64,000 nucleotides of DNA from the sequence record OQ718158.1; one strand, written 5' to 3'. The first letter of the stretch is position 1. Each line of letters starts with the position of its first letter. The stretch comes from Escherichia phage vB_Ec-M-J. Under the pieces are notes generated by a model. That model saw only the letters and a program-made list of their open reading frames with translations, did no database searches and had not been told where the DNA came from. Below are positions 41,704 through 51,239 of this stretch, piece after piece. Made by a program: the position numbers and the translations under genes.

Positions 41704-42139
41704 TGGTAAGGTTTCTAAAGTAGGTTTAGTTTTTGAAAATTGTGAGTTCATTGAGATTGATGTAAAGAATGTTTTATGGATGCATATTGCTGACGTGAAA
41801 ACTCTTTGTAGTCGTTTTTCCAACGGTCTAACTATTAGTACTGGTATTGGTGAGTTCGGTATTGCATTGCGTAGTGATACTCCATCGGATTTCATGGATA
41901 ACTCTACACTGTTAGACCGTTTAAAAATGCGTGATGTTACACACGTTTATCTTTATGATACTAATGGTGTTGAACAGCGTTATGTAGTTGAATGGGCTAA
42001 TTATAACCTTAGTGATCAATATTCAGTAAACCAGCGTGTTCAACTCACCCCTGGTGGTAATATTGTGTTTGTTAGTTCAACTGGTAAATTAATCAGTGTA
42101 GATGATGAAAGTATTGATCTATTCACTTCATATAACTAA
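41687..42139 (+). CDS. hypothetical protein (150 aa)
   Basis: ATG with SD taggag; overlaps upstream gene by 17 nt. Confidence 0.6.
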   Translation: MMMQFNGKVSKVGLVFENCEFIEIDVKNVLWMHIADVKTLCSRFSNGLTISTGIGEFGIALRSDTPSDFMDNSTLLDRLKMRDVTHVYLYDTNGVEQRYVVEWANYNLSDQYSVNQRVQLTPGGNIVFVSSTGKLISVDDESIDLFTSYN

Positions 42140-42150
42140 TACGAGATAAT

Positions 42151-42570
42151 ATGAAAACAATCAAAACACATTTCAAAGATACATGGACAGAAGTAAGTAC
42201 TGGTAATATTCAAGATATTTTATACAGTACTGAAACTATTCATGTATATGATGAAGAGACAGCAGCCGAGCAGTTAAAGGTATTGCATCGTAGTGTAGGT
42301 GAACACACCGAGTACGGTGTCAAACATACTCGTGAATTGGTAAGTACTGATCATATTGACACCCGCACTGTAAATCTATCAAAAGAAGAAATGTTTGATT
42401 TTATTCTAAACAATACTTTAGCAATTCAACCAGATGGTTCACTATACAGTAAAACAGATGGTACACAAGTTCGTAAAAAGTACAATGTGACCATCAATGA
42501 TACGGTGATGTCTGGATATGATTTAGTTGATGCAATCAACGAGTACGTTTCTATGCAGAGGTTGAAATGA
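42151..42570 (+). CDS. hypothetical protein (139 aa)
   Basis: ORF in array. Confidence 0.65.
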   Translation: MKTIKTHFKDTWTEVSTGNIQDILYSTETIHVYDEETAAEQLKVLHRSVGEHTEYGVKHTRELVSTDHIDTRTVNLSKEEMFDFILNNTLAIQPDGSLYSKTDGTQVRKKYNVTINDTVMSGYDLVDAINEYVSMQRLK

Positions 42571-42932
42571 TTAATCTGATATATTTTACAATTATTTGTT
42601 GCATTACTATTGTACTTTGTCGTCTAATTCATGTATACTCATATCATAAAGCGTTGAGAATCGAACAAGAGATTTACAACGAAAACCGTGAGCCAGAGCC
42701 AGAGAAGCTACCCCGCTCACCATATGCATTGAAGCGTGAGATGCATTCGGAGAGTAAGAAGTGGGGTTATGCAATAACCAAGCATGGTTATATCTACACT
42801 GCTGCAAATGGCTATTTTCAAATTCACCATGATCTTTCAGTTGCGATTGGAATTTTATGGGAAATGGAGGATATAGGTGGTTATGAGCGTACTAAATTCC
42901 CAAACTTACAAAATGATCCAGGAACTTCATGA
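42567..42932 (+). CDS. membrane-anchored protein (121 aa)
   Basis: N-terminal hydrophobic segment; ATGA coupling. Confidence 0.6.
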   Translation: MINLIYFTIICCITIVLCRLIHVYSYHKALRIEQEIYNENREPEPEKLPRSPYALKREMHSESKKWGYAITKHGYIYTAANGYFQIHHDLSVAIGILWEMEDIGGYERTKFPNLQNDPGTS

Positions 42933-43086
42933 AGAACATGATATAATTGTAGATGTAGAAAAGAAGGAAGTTGTTATGAAGAAGCAAGCATACCGCATCT
43001 TAGACAACTTCTATCTTAAGGCATTTATAATGAAGTTCTGTGCAGACGAGCACTTAACAGGACGTGTTATACGCAAGGAGTCGTAG
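42877..43086 (+). CDS. hypothetical protein (about 69 aa), start uncertain
   Basis: GTG 42877 or ATG 42883 after SD ggagg; overlaps upstream gene by about 50 nt. Confidence 0.4.
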   Translation: MVMSVLNSQTYKMIQELHEEHDIIVDVEKKEVVMKKQAYRILDNFYLKAFIMKFCADEHLTGRVIRKES

Positions 43087-43428
43087 ATGGACATGAGTTC
43101 AACAATTCAGTACTTGAGCGAGAATTTTGTCAAAATCATTTCACGTGGTGGTATGATTGTGCATCCTGAAACTGAAGATATGTATATCATTCGTTTTGAT
43201 GCAAATTCTTATGATCAAGTACTTGTTGTTTCGAAATTAGTAGGTTATAATGAAGTCGTTCAGTTCTGCTGTACCGAGTTCGGTATCTATATTAAAGATG
43301 CAGAAACCAATGAGATTTCACATTATTTTTATCACACACTGATGGGTACTAAAGATTTTGGATTGAAATTCAATGATTTAGTACAATGTCACTATATGTT
43401 TAAAACATACCCAGCATCTGGGAAATAA
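43087..43428 (+). CDS. hypothetical protein (113 aa)
   Basis: ORF in array. Confidence 0.6.
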   Translation: MDMSSTIQYLSENFVKIISRGGMIVHPETEDMYIIRFDANSYDQVLVVSKLVGYNEVVQFCCTEFGIYIKDAETNEISHYFYHTLMGTKDFGLKFNDLVQCHYMFKTYPASGK

Positions 43429-43439
43429 GGAGTAACAAT

Positions 43440-44255
43440 ATGAGCAACATTTTCTTCAAAACCATTTCCTTCAAAAAAGAATCTTACTCTTACGCTTATG
43501 TAGATGGTAAAGTACTCAATATCGTTCTAGATGGTGTTGATGTGCCTGTTCAATTTACCAGTCATCAAGAAGCGATTGAGGGTGCTCAAGAGCTTAACAG
43601 CTTACTAAATGGTATTGAGAAGAAACCTGAAGTTAAATCTGACCTTGATTTATTGGTTGACAAAATTAAAAGTGGTGAACTATTATCAATTCTAGACCAG
43701 TGTAATGAAAAATTACGTGGTGTTGTTGGTGATGTACGTACTACAGTTCAAGATCGTCTACTTGAGCAAGCATTCAAAGAAGTTACTAAGAAAACTGAAG
43801 AACGTGTTGAAGGTATGATTAAAAACATTGATGACGTTCTCACTCATATGTTCACCAAGCCATACGAATCAAGTACTGATTCTGAAGAGAAACAAGAAGA
43901 ACCAGTAGAACGCACCAAGCCATCTATTGTTACTAAAGTTAAACATAGTTTTGGTTCACTGGATGATGTATTTGGCTTTACAAATGTACGTGTTAGTACT
44001 GATGAAAAACCAGAAGTTGATGAAATGCTAATTGGTGACATGACAACTGGACAACTCAAAAAAGAGATTGATACCTTTGTTAATGAACTAATTAGTTCTG
44101 AACGTGCTGAAAATATGTTTAGCAGTATTTCAGCAAACTTCGGTAAAGAAGCAACTGAGCAAGCAGTACAGGCATTCAAAGATTTGATTTACACTGTTGC
44201 AATTGCTAATCCAGAACAAACACTGGAAGAAGTTCTACGTAAAAACTTCAAATAA
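43440..44255 (+). CDS. hypothetical acidic protein (271 aa)
   Basis: ATG with SD aaggag. Confidence 0.7.
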   Translation: MSNIFFKTISFKKESYSYAYVDGKVLNIVLDGVDVPVQFTSHQEAIEGAQELNSLLNGIEKKPEVKSDLDLLVDKIKSGELLSILDQCNEKLRGVVGDVRTTVQDRLLEQAFKEVTKKTEERVEGMIKNIDDVLTHMFTKPYESSTDSEEKQEEPVERTKPSIVTKVKHSFGSLDDVFGFTNVRVSTDEKPEVDEMLIGDMTTGQLKKEIDTFVNELISSERAENMFSSISANFGKEATEQAVQAFKDLIYTVAIANPEQTLEEVLRKNFK

Positions 44256-44269
44256 GATATAGATAAAAG

Positions 44270-44296
44270 AAAAGCCACTACAATGTAGTGGCTTTT
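44270..44296. terminator. bidirectional Rho-independent terminator
   Basis: aaaagccactacaatgtagtggctttt: A-run before and T-run after the hairpin, between convergent genes. Confidence 0.75.
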
Positions 44297-44299
44297 TTG

Positions 44300-45457
44300 T
44301 TATGCGTTATAACCAACAATGACTACAGTACAGCCAAATGGTTCAACAACTTTTAATACAACATTATCATCTGCATCGAGTTCAACTTCACTTAGAACAA
44401 CATGATTGTCTTCAGCATATACTTGAACTTGTGGGAGGATTTTACCATGTTCACTGACAGGAATGGACAGTGTGTACATAGAATCACCATCAACTACCCA
44501 ATCACTATCGGTATACGTGTTGTGATATGGAGTGGTGTGTAAGGTTTTACCAATAATACTCAATGAGATTGGAGCGTCATCAGTTTGGTACACAGTAATA
44601 TTACCGCTAGGATCTACAATGAGGTCTACTCCAATTTGGAATAAATCACCACTGTATGCTTGTAGAGCAAGATACTCACCACGCTCATGCACAGTAGCTG
44701 GTACAGTTGCCATGTACATACCATCGGACGTGTACTCAAACTGAGATAGAAGTACTGAAGTAACGAAGTCAATATCTTCGCCGCTTTCTAGTATATCAAA
44801 TTCAATAGTTTTGGTATTATATATGTCAGAAGTGAGTATGATGGTTCCTTTACCGGATTGAGTAATTGGATCAACTGGAATACTAAAAACATCATCAATT
44901 ATTTCAGTTGTGAAGTACTCGGTTCCGTCAGGAAGTATAACGGTAATACGCATTCCAGTTGTATCAATGGCTGAACCTGCGTTGAATAGGCGACCACCTA
45001 CCAAATCATCACCTACGAACGTTGGGAACATAAGGATGTTGTCTATATCTCTATCTATAATCCCGCATTCAGGGGTGTACATATTATATAGTGTTTGTGA
45101 ACTACCTAGAATTGTTTTGTGCAAAAGAAACTTATAAACAAACCCAGTAGGATCTGATTCAAGTTTAGCATCTGAGTATCCTCTTACGAAAAAAGAGTTC
45201 TTTCTTATTTCACTTAGGATTTGGTCATTAGTTTTGTTGTAGTTTAATTGATATCCTTGTATATCCTTTGTTGTAATTTGTACTTTACGATAAATTACAT
45301 TACTTACAGGATCAAGTAAATCATATAATCTATGGCTTCTCTGACGATAGATTCGAACATTTTTGAGTTTAGTCCCATCGTTGAGAATTGCACCATCGAC
45401 TACATATCCACATTCACCGAACTTATATCGTCCAGCAGCAGCAATCGATCTTGACAT
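44300..45457 (-). CDS. hypothetical protein (385 aa), only clear minus-strand gene
   Basis: Long ORF; SD ggaggg 5 nt upstream of ATG on minus strand; late-box-like AATAAATA upstream; function not recognisable. Confidence 0.8.
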   Translation of the reverse strand: MSRSIAAAGRYKFGECGYVVDGAILNDGTKLKNVRIYRQRSHRLYDLLDPVSNVIYRKVQITTKDIQGYQLNYNKTNDQILSEIRKNSFFVRGYSDAKLESDPTGFVYKFLLHKTILGSSQTLYNMYTPECGIIDRDIDNILMFPTFVGDDLVGGRLFNAGSAIDTTGMRITVILPDGTEYFTTEIIDDVFSIPVDPITQSGKGTIILTSDIYNTKTIEFDILESGEDIDFVTSVLLSQFEYTSDGMYMATVPATVHERGEYLALQAYSGDLFQIGVDLIVDPSGNITVYQTDDAPISLSIIGKTLHTTPYHNTYTDSDWVVDGDSMYTLSIPVSEHGKILPQVQVYAEDNHVVLSEVELDADDNVVLKVVEPFGCTVVIVGYNA

Positions 45458-45517
45458 TCATCCCTCCATTGGTATAATTATTATAACGTATTTATTCTAG
45501 ATAGGTAAAAAAGCACC

Positions 45518-45546
45518 TTGACTGAGTTGTGTTTTTGACGTATACT
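45518..45546 (+). promoter_or_regulatory. sigma70-type promoter (TTGACT-17-TATACT)
   Basis: Upstream of gene at 45574, divergent from the minus-strand gene. Confidence 0.45.
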
Positions 45547-45573
45547 TAAATGGAATATCAATAAGGGGATTTT

Positions 45574-46158
45574 ATGAGTGTTGTAGAAAAACGTTTAGTA
45601 CTGAAAAATGGTAAAATGACTGTTAAGCTATACAAAGATGAAGCTGATTCTTTTATGGCTAAAGCAATTGAGAAATCCGAACGATATAAAATTCTTGCAC
45701 CTGCAAGTAAATCGCCGTATGGGTTTAATCACGCTCACAGTCATTTTGTTGGTATGGTATGTGAACATGCTTCATTTGTACTTTTTAATGAAATTGAAAA
45801 CTATTCAGGTATTGCACTTAACATCGATCCAGCGTTCCAAAGTGATGGACGTGATGGGGAATGTGATATCAAAGTAAACAACTTAAGAATTGAAGTGAAA
45901 GGTATCAAGTACAAATCGTGGACCGACTTTGGACCATGTGTTAGTACTCGACAGTTAAAAAATATACAGAAAAAAGCTGACGTTATTCTGTGGGTATTGT
46001 ATAATGAGAAAAAGCAAGAATTCACATTTGAGGGATTCAACTATGTAAAAGACATTAGTTCGATTCCAGTTGTGCTAACAGGTGTACCAGGGCGACCAAT
46101 GATTGAAAATCACCCAGTACTGAGTATTATTAAACCACTTCAGGAGTTACCATTATGA
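45574..46158 (+). CDS. hypothetical protein (194 aa)
   Basis: ATG with SD aagggga. Confidence 0.7.
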   Translation: MSVVEKRLVLKNGKMTVKLYKDEADSFMAKAIEKSERYKILAPASKSPYGFNHAHSHFVGMVCEHASFVLFNEIENYSGIALNIDPAFQSDGRDGECDIKVNNLRIEVKGIKYKSWTDFGPCVSTRQLKNIQKKADVILWVLYNEKKQEFTFEGFNYVKDISSIPVVLTGVPGRPMIENHPVLSIIKPLQELPL

Positions 46159-46382
46159 TTACTGCCACTGTATATCAAGATATTAATGAAGAATTTAATT
46201 CTAAAATTGCATTTTTATCCTTTCCCGTATTGCCAGCTATTGGTGCTACGTTGAATCTTACAATCTGTGGCTTTGAAAAATACTATGAAGTACTAGATAT
46301 TGAGTACTGTGCAGATGTTTATTCATGCAACAGTGAGATTGCTATTCCTGTGCAAATCGACATTATTGTAAAAGAGGTTTGA
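46155..46382 (+). CDS. hypothetical protein (75 aa)
   Basis: ATGA-coupled. Confidence 0.55.
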   Translation: MITATVYQDINEEFNSKIAFLSFPVLPAIGATLNLTICGFEKYYEVLDIEYCADVYSCNSEIAIPVQIDIIVKEV

Positions 46383-46843
46383 TTATGTTTAAACACTTTC
46401 TAGTAATCACTGCTGTTGTATTCAGTACTTCCTGCTTTGTTGCACCAGTACATGCGGAAGACCAGCGTCAAACAATCAAGACGATTGGAACAGGGAAAGC
46501 CCAACCAAAACGTACTGCTGAAGAATACATGCCTGAGATGCGTGAACGTTACCGCCAGCAATACCGTGAAAAACATGCTAATGATAAGCCTATCAAAAAG
46601 CATAAATGGAATGTAGTCAAATCGCCATCGTTTTGTGCTGGGTATGCTAAGGTTAAGGATGAACAGCACAACAAACAGTACTATAAAGATATGTACACAT
46701 TCTATGATTCGAGGATCTCGGATGATGACATGATGGCTGCTAAGGTTGATAAAGAAGAATTTCTTCAGGGTTATGACATGACCGATGATGACAAGATCAT
46801 GGAATGTGTTGAAGTATATGAAAAATACAGAGGTTTTGAATGA
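46379..46843 (+). CDS. secreted/periplasmic protein with signal peptide (154 aa)
   Basis: N-terminus MIMFKHFLVITAVVFSTSCFVAPVHA looks like a cleavable signal peptide. Confidence 0.65.
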   Translation: MIMFKHFLVITAVVFSTSCFVAPVHAEDQRQTIKTIGTGKAQPKRTAEEYMPEMRERYRQQYREKHANDKPIKKHKWNVVKSPSFCAGYAKVKDEQHNKQYYKDMYTFYDSRISDDDMMAAKVDKEEFLQGYDMTDDDKIMECVEVYEKYRGFE

Positions 46844-47283
46844 CACTTTTGCTGATTCTAGGTTTATTAGTGTCATATTTCATTTTTCTTAACATCTTCT
46901 CTGATGCATCACATTTTGCATATGCTTCAGCTATTGCAAAACACGAAGGGATAAAGAAGTATATTCCTGCATTGTTATTCTCATATATGTACCATCCAAG
47001 GTACTTTACACTAGGTGTGTTTGACAAGTATGTATACGACGAAAAAGCACTCAATGAAATTGAATACTTTGTAAGAACTCATGCTAATAACAATCCAAAA
47101 TCATTAATTAACTTTACTGATAATCGCAAACGTGTTAGTATTAGAAGTGACTTGTATCCTACCAGTCACTTTCATCTAGGCGATTGTAGTGTGTACAGGG
47201 TTAGATACGAAAACTTACTGTTACCACCATCACATATAAGATACATAGAAAAATACTTGTTGAAATGTGTTGACTCCAAATAG
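46840..47283 (+). CDS. membrane-anchored protein (147 aa)
   Basis: N-terminal TM LLLILGLLVSYFIFL. Confidence 0.6.
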   Translation: MTLLLILGLLVSYFIFLNIFSDASHFAYASAIAKHEGIKKYIPALLFSYMYHPRYFTLGVFDKYVYDEKALNEIEYFVRTHANNNPKSLINFTDNRKRVSIRSDLYPTSHFHLGDCSVYRVRYENLLLPPSHIRYIEKYLLKCVDSK

Positions 47284-47336
47284 TAAATGGCAGTATAATA
47301 GCTTCGTACCGCAATAACTGACAAGAGGATTTAACG

Positions 47337-47795
47337 ATGGACGTATTAGCTACTCAATTCAAACGCAACGCAGAAGAACGTGAAGGTTACCTAAGTATCA
47401 GTGAAGTGGTTGAAGATGGATTCAAGCAGTACATTTTCAACAGTGCAATTAAACTGAAGCCAACAAAAGATTCACCGGACCGCAGCTTCACCAAGTGGAT
47501 TGCATTCTGGGAAGAGTCACCAATTGCAATCGAAATGACTGTCATCACTACAGTACTGGAAACTGGTTACATCAAAGCAATTGTAGTTGATAAGAAAGTT
47601 CGTACTCTTGATGAAATCGGGACATACCCAGCACGTAACTCTAAAGTATTTGGGTGTTTAGTTGATGGTAAGTTTATGATTGAAAAAGATGCTAAGAACT
47701 ATGTAATTGATAAACTACAAACCAGTGCTACTAAACAGGAAGTCGTAGACCAGAACGCAGTGGATGCTATTAAAAAGGCATGGGGTCTGAAATAA
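47337..47795 (+). CDS. hypothetical protein (152 aa)
   Basis: ATG with SD agagga. Confidence 0.65.
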   Translation: MDVLATQFKRNAEEREGYLSISEVVEDGFKQYIFNSAIKLKPTKDSPDRSFTKWIAFWEESPIAIEMTVITTVLETGYIKAIVVDKKVRTLDEIGTYPARNSKVFGCLVDGKFMIEKDAKNYVIDKLQTSATKQEVVDQNAVDAIKKAWGLK

Positions 47796-48217
47796 TGTTC
47801 ACACTTAGCAATGCAAAGTATCTATTTCTTATTGCTATTATTGGTTGGGTGATGGCTCCAGTGCTTAATGCACTGGGGTTTCCAGACGGACATAAACTTG
47901 TAAATGTTTCAGGTGTAATCCAGGGCATTTCATGGTATTCATTGATTATATTTTCTATATGTATTCATACATTTGCACGTGATCACCGCCGTCTGCTTTT
48001 TGTTAAAGTATTCGGTACTAAGAGATATAGTTTTGTGTTTACATTTATTTTAATACCATGTATTATCTATGCTTTTGTATTTGATTACTATACTTATCTG
48101 TGGGTGTGTGGTTCTATGTTTGTTATGTTGGAATATACAAGAACTGTTCAAAACTCATATGCTGATGAGTATTATGATCTTGAAGTTAAACGAAAATTAA
48201 CGGAGCTAAACAAATGA
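47780..48217 (+). CDS. polytopic membrane protein (145 aa)
   Basis: At least three hydrophobic segments. Confidence 0.6.
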   Translation: MGSEIMFTLSNAKYLFLIAIIGWVMAPVLNALGFPDGHKLVNVSGVIQGISWYSLIIFSICIHTFARDHRRLLFVKVFGTKRYSFVFTFILIPCIIYAFVFDYYTYLWVCGSMFVMLEYTRTVQNSYADEYYDLEVKRKLTELNK

Positions 48218-48639
48218 GGGGATACAATAAGATTTGTATTTTTGTATTTTTAGTTTGTGCAATCAATACATTTGGATATTACTGTACTGAAAACAACATT
48301 TCATATGGTTTAAATCCTTTGTGGTTTACAATTGCCAATGTAGCACAAATTGGTATTGCTGTTATGTCTGCACTTATGTTCTGTCCAATTGTCACTATGG
48401 ATACTGATCATGAAAGGCTTGGATTTATCCGTGATACTGGAGACGAACCTTACAGTAGATTGATTGTGTTGTATCCATTTATTGTTATTTTAGGTACTAA
48501 CATCCAACTTGGGTCTTTATCTAATAGTGTTACTTCAGCAGCCATTACAGTCTTTGCATTCACATTTTTTATGGTACACAAATCAGTACTCAAATGGCAC
48601 ATCACCAAAATGGCAGAGAAAGGTACGGAAAACAGTTGA
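48214..48639 (+). CDS. polytopic membrane protein (141 aa)
   Basis: Several hydrophobic segments; ATGA coupling. Confidence 0.6.
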   Translation: MRGYNKICIFVFLVCAINTFGYYCTENNISYGLNPLWFTIANVAQIGIAVMSALMFCPIVTMDTDHERLGFIRDTGDEPYSRLIVLYPFIVILGTNIQLGSLSNSVTSAAITVFAFTFFMVHKSVLKWHITKMAEKGTENS

Positions 48640-48698
48640 CGTGAGTTATTGAGAGATATATAATTATTACATCAAAACTGGGAAATGGTAAGGAACTT

Positions 48699-48950
48699 AT
48701 GAACATCGATAAGGTCAAAGAACTTAGTGAAGCACTAATTAAGAACGAAGAAGCTTGTGAAGAACTTCGCAGTACTATCAAAGTTGAGTACGCACGTCTT
48801 CAAGCTATGCTTCAGGAATCCGAATGGGTTGTAACTAAATCTATCGAAGCAATCTATAAGGATATCGAATCCCTTTTCAACAAGAAAAGTAAGATTGAAT
48901 CTGATTCATATAACAAACGTAAAGAGTTATCTACTGCACTTGGTATCTAA
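48699..48950 (+). CDS. hypothetical protein (83 aa)
   Basis: ORF with SD. Confidence 0.55.
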   Translation: MNIDKVKELSEALIKNEEACEELRSTIKVEYARLQAMLQESEWVVTKSIEAIYKDIESLFNKKSKIESDSYNKRKELSTALGI

Positions 48951-48956
48951 AAGTAT

Positions 48957-48985
48957 TTGACTTAACCAATAACATGGAGTACAAT
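48957..48985 (+). promoter_or_regulatory. sigma70-type promoter (TTGACT-17-TACAAT)
   Basis: Upstream of gene at 49025. Confidence 0.5.
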
Positions 48986-49024
48986 GTGCTCCTAATTTAA
49001 TTATCAGCTAAAAAGGAAAACATT

Positions 49025-49285
49025 ATGAAATCTATTCTCGTTGCAGTTAACCTGGTTGCTTCCCCATCTTTTAACTTCAAACAAGTTGTTGCTGATAATC
49101 TGAAGAAGATCTGTCCAAACGCTGAATTGACTTTCTGTGTGTTTGATTCAGAAAAAGTAACTAAAGTTGATCTAAACTATCTTTTGAACGAAGTACAAAG
49201 TATTTCTGGTGAAAGTAGTTTGGAAGTACTGAATACGGTTGCTGATGACTATGATGATACACTGGTAATTTCGGAGAAATTCTAA
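49025..49285 (+). CDS. hypothetical protein (86 aa)
   Basis: ATG with SD aaaagga. Confidence 0.6.
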   Translation: MKSILVAVNLVASPSFNFKQVVADNLKKICPNAELTFCVFDSEKVTKVDLNYLLNEVQSISGESSLEVLNTVADDYDDTLVISEKF

Positions 49286-49290
49286 ATCCA

Positions 49291-49710
49291 ATGCTTAGAT
49301 TTATACATTACTTAATCAGTAAGTTCTTTGGTTATTATACTATTGAAGGTAAAGCTACGCTTGCACATAAAATCTTTGTAGCATTATGTGTGGGTGATTA
49401 TGACGTATTGAATAAGCACTGTAAATCTAAAGCATGTATTGACATAATGGCACTTCGTATCTATGAGTGTCAGTTCAATAGATATAATTTTTACCAGTAC
49501 AGATATGATAAAGATGATTTTGATAGCATTAAAATGCTAAAGAATTTATGTAATAATAAAAAGAATATGCATATATCTGAATTTGTTGCATTGTATTTTT
49601 ATTTAAAAAGTTCATTATACATGAATACACTACAACGCTTCGATACTAGAATTAATGTATTCAACGATAAAGAATTTTATATCTATGATAAATTTTTAGA
49701 TAAGGTTTAA
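49291..49710 (+). CDS. hypothetical protein (139 aa)
   Basis: ORF in array. Confidence 0.6.
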   Translation: MLRFIHYLISKFFGYYTIEGKATLAHKIFVALCVGDYDVLNKHCKSKACIDIMALRIYECQFNRYNFYQYRYDKDDFDSIKMLKNLCNNKKNMHISEFVALYFYLKSSLYMNTLQRFDTRINVFNDKEFYIYDKFLDKV

Positions 49711-49711
49711 T

Positions 49712-50209
49712 ATGACAACTGTTTATATTGATAAACGCTTGGGAGTATTACTTACTGATTCAAAAGTGACATCAACTGAGCAACGTTCATTTTTGAACCT
49801 ATTCCCGTTGAAGCCAAAACTTAGTTATGGTGTAGTTTCACAAAAAACATTGTATGTACACGACCGACTGTTTAGTGCTTGCGGTGAGGTTAGTGAAATT
49901 AACAAAGTACTGAGATACTTGATTTCACAAGAGACTGTGATACCAGACCGCAAGGCGAGTTGTCACTGTGTTCTTGTGTCAAAAGATTACATCATTCACT
50001 TAATCGTTAATAAGGGTAAGTTTACCAAGAAGATTGATTATCTCCATAATGATTATACATTCTTTATGGGTAGTGGTGGTGAATACATGCTTGATGCAGC
50101 AGTACATGAAGAGTATAATACTCTTCTTGATAAGGTATTTGATACCTTCATGGATGTTCATAACCATGATATCTATACCGATGATAATATTAATGTATAC
50201 CGTTTTTGA
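49712..50209 (+). CDS. hypothetical protein (165 aa)
   Basis: ORF in array. Confidence 0.65.
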   Translation: MTTVYIDKRLGVLLTDSKVTSTEQRSFLNLFPLKPKLSYGVVSQKTLYVHDRLFSACGEVSEINKVLRYLISQETVIPDRKASCHCVLVSKDYIIHLIVNKGKFTKKIDYLHNDYTFFMGSGGEYMLDAAVHEEYNTLLDKVFDTFMDVHNHDIYTDDNINVYRF

Positions 50210-50231
50210 TTTCATTCATTAGGAGAAGTAA

Positions 50232-51200
50232 GTGAAAAAGCTTGATTTAAATGCAATTTCTGAAGAAGTACTGGATGAGTGTTTTGCTAGTGAAGAAGTC
50301 AACGTATTAGAGGCTCTTGATTCCGTAGAAGAAGAAGAAGAACATGACGGTCACAAGTTTGAGAAACCAAAAACAGGTATCAGCTTAACTCGCCCTAAAG
50401 GGATAACGAATGAAATGCTCATCCAAGCAGTGCGTGATGGCATAGACGTTAAAAAGAACATTGACCTTTTGGTTCGCTACAACTATCCAATGGTAGTAAG
50501 TGTTGCACGTAAGTGTACATGTTTTATCCCATTTGAAGATAAGATTTCTTATGGTGTTGAAGGTTTAATGCGAGCAATTCATACGTTCGACACTACCAAA
50601 AATGTTAAGTTCATTACATATGCAACAACAACTGTGTACATGACAATCTATAACGAAAGTGCAGATGCTAATTATCTAGTGCATTTCCCACGTTATATGA
50701 GTGTTAATAACATTTATGTGAAACGTTGTGTTGAAGAGTATCAAAGGAAACATGGTAAATACCCAACTCCTGAGATGGTGTCAAAAGAGACTGGTATTGA
50801 GATTCAACACGTTAAGAATTGTCTAACTTACAATAACACTTATGTAGCATTGAATATGAAAATGAGTAATGATTCAGAAAGTACATTATCTGACATTGTT
50901 ACTTCAGTTGAACCTGATTACAACTTAGGTGTAGAAACTGTCAGTACCCCACTGGTACAAAGTATTGCAGAAATGATGAGTAACCTATCTACCAAAGACC
51001 GTGAATTGATTGAACGTGTACATGGTATTGGTTCTTATTCTGAACCAGAAACGCTACGAGAAATCATTGAGAGTGGTTTTGAAGATGAGAAGGGTAAGGT
51101 CATGACTGCTCGTTCTTCATTGCACCGTAAGTACTCTGAAGCAATGGAACGACTGCGTAAGATGGTTAAGACAAAAGGTTATGAGTTCGAAGATTTTTAA
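50232..51200 (+). CDS. sigma-70 family RNA polymerase sigma factor (322 aa), GTG start
   Basis: Region 2 ISYGVEGLMRAIHTFDTTKNVKFITYATTTVYMTIYNE, linker KYPTPEMVSKETG, region 4 HTH at C-terminus; GTG after SD aggaga. Confidence 0.85.
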   Translation: MKKLDLNAISEEVLDECFASEEVNVLEALDSVEEEEEHDGHKFEKPKTGISLTRPKGITNEMLIQAVRDGIDVKKNIDLLVRYNYPMVVSVARKCTCFIPFEDKISYGVEGLMRAIHTFDTTKNVKFITYATTTVYMTIYNESADANYLVHFPRYMSVNNIYVKRCVEEYQRKHGKYPTPEMVSKETGIEIQHVKNCLTYNNTYVALNMKMSNDSESTLSDIVTSVEPDYNLGVETVSTPLVQSIAEMMSNLSTKDRELIERVHGIGSYSEPETLREIIESGFEDEKGKVMTARSSLHRKYSEAMERLRKMVKTKGYEFEDF

Positions 51201-51206
51201 GATTAA

Positions 51207-51234
51207 AGGGTTGACTTCGGTCAGCCCTTTTTTT
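51207..51234 (+). terminator. Rho-independent terminator with UUCG loop
   Basis: agggttgac ttcg gtcagccct then ttttttt. Confidence 0.75.
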
Positions 51235-51239
51235 ATGGG

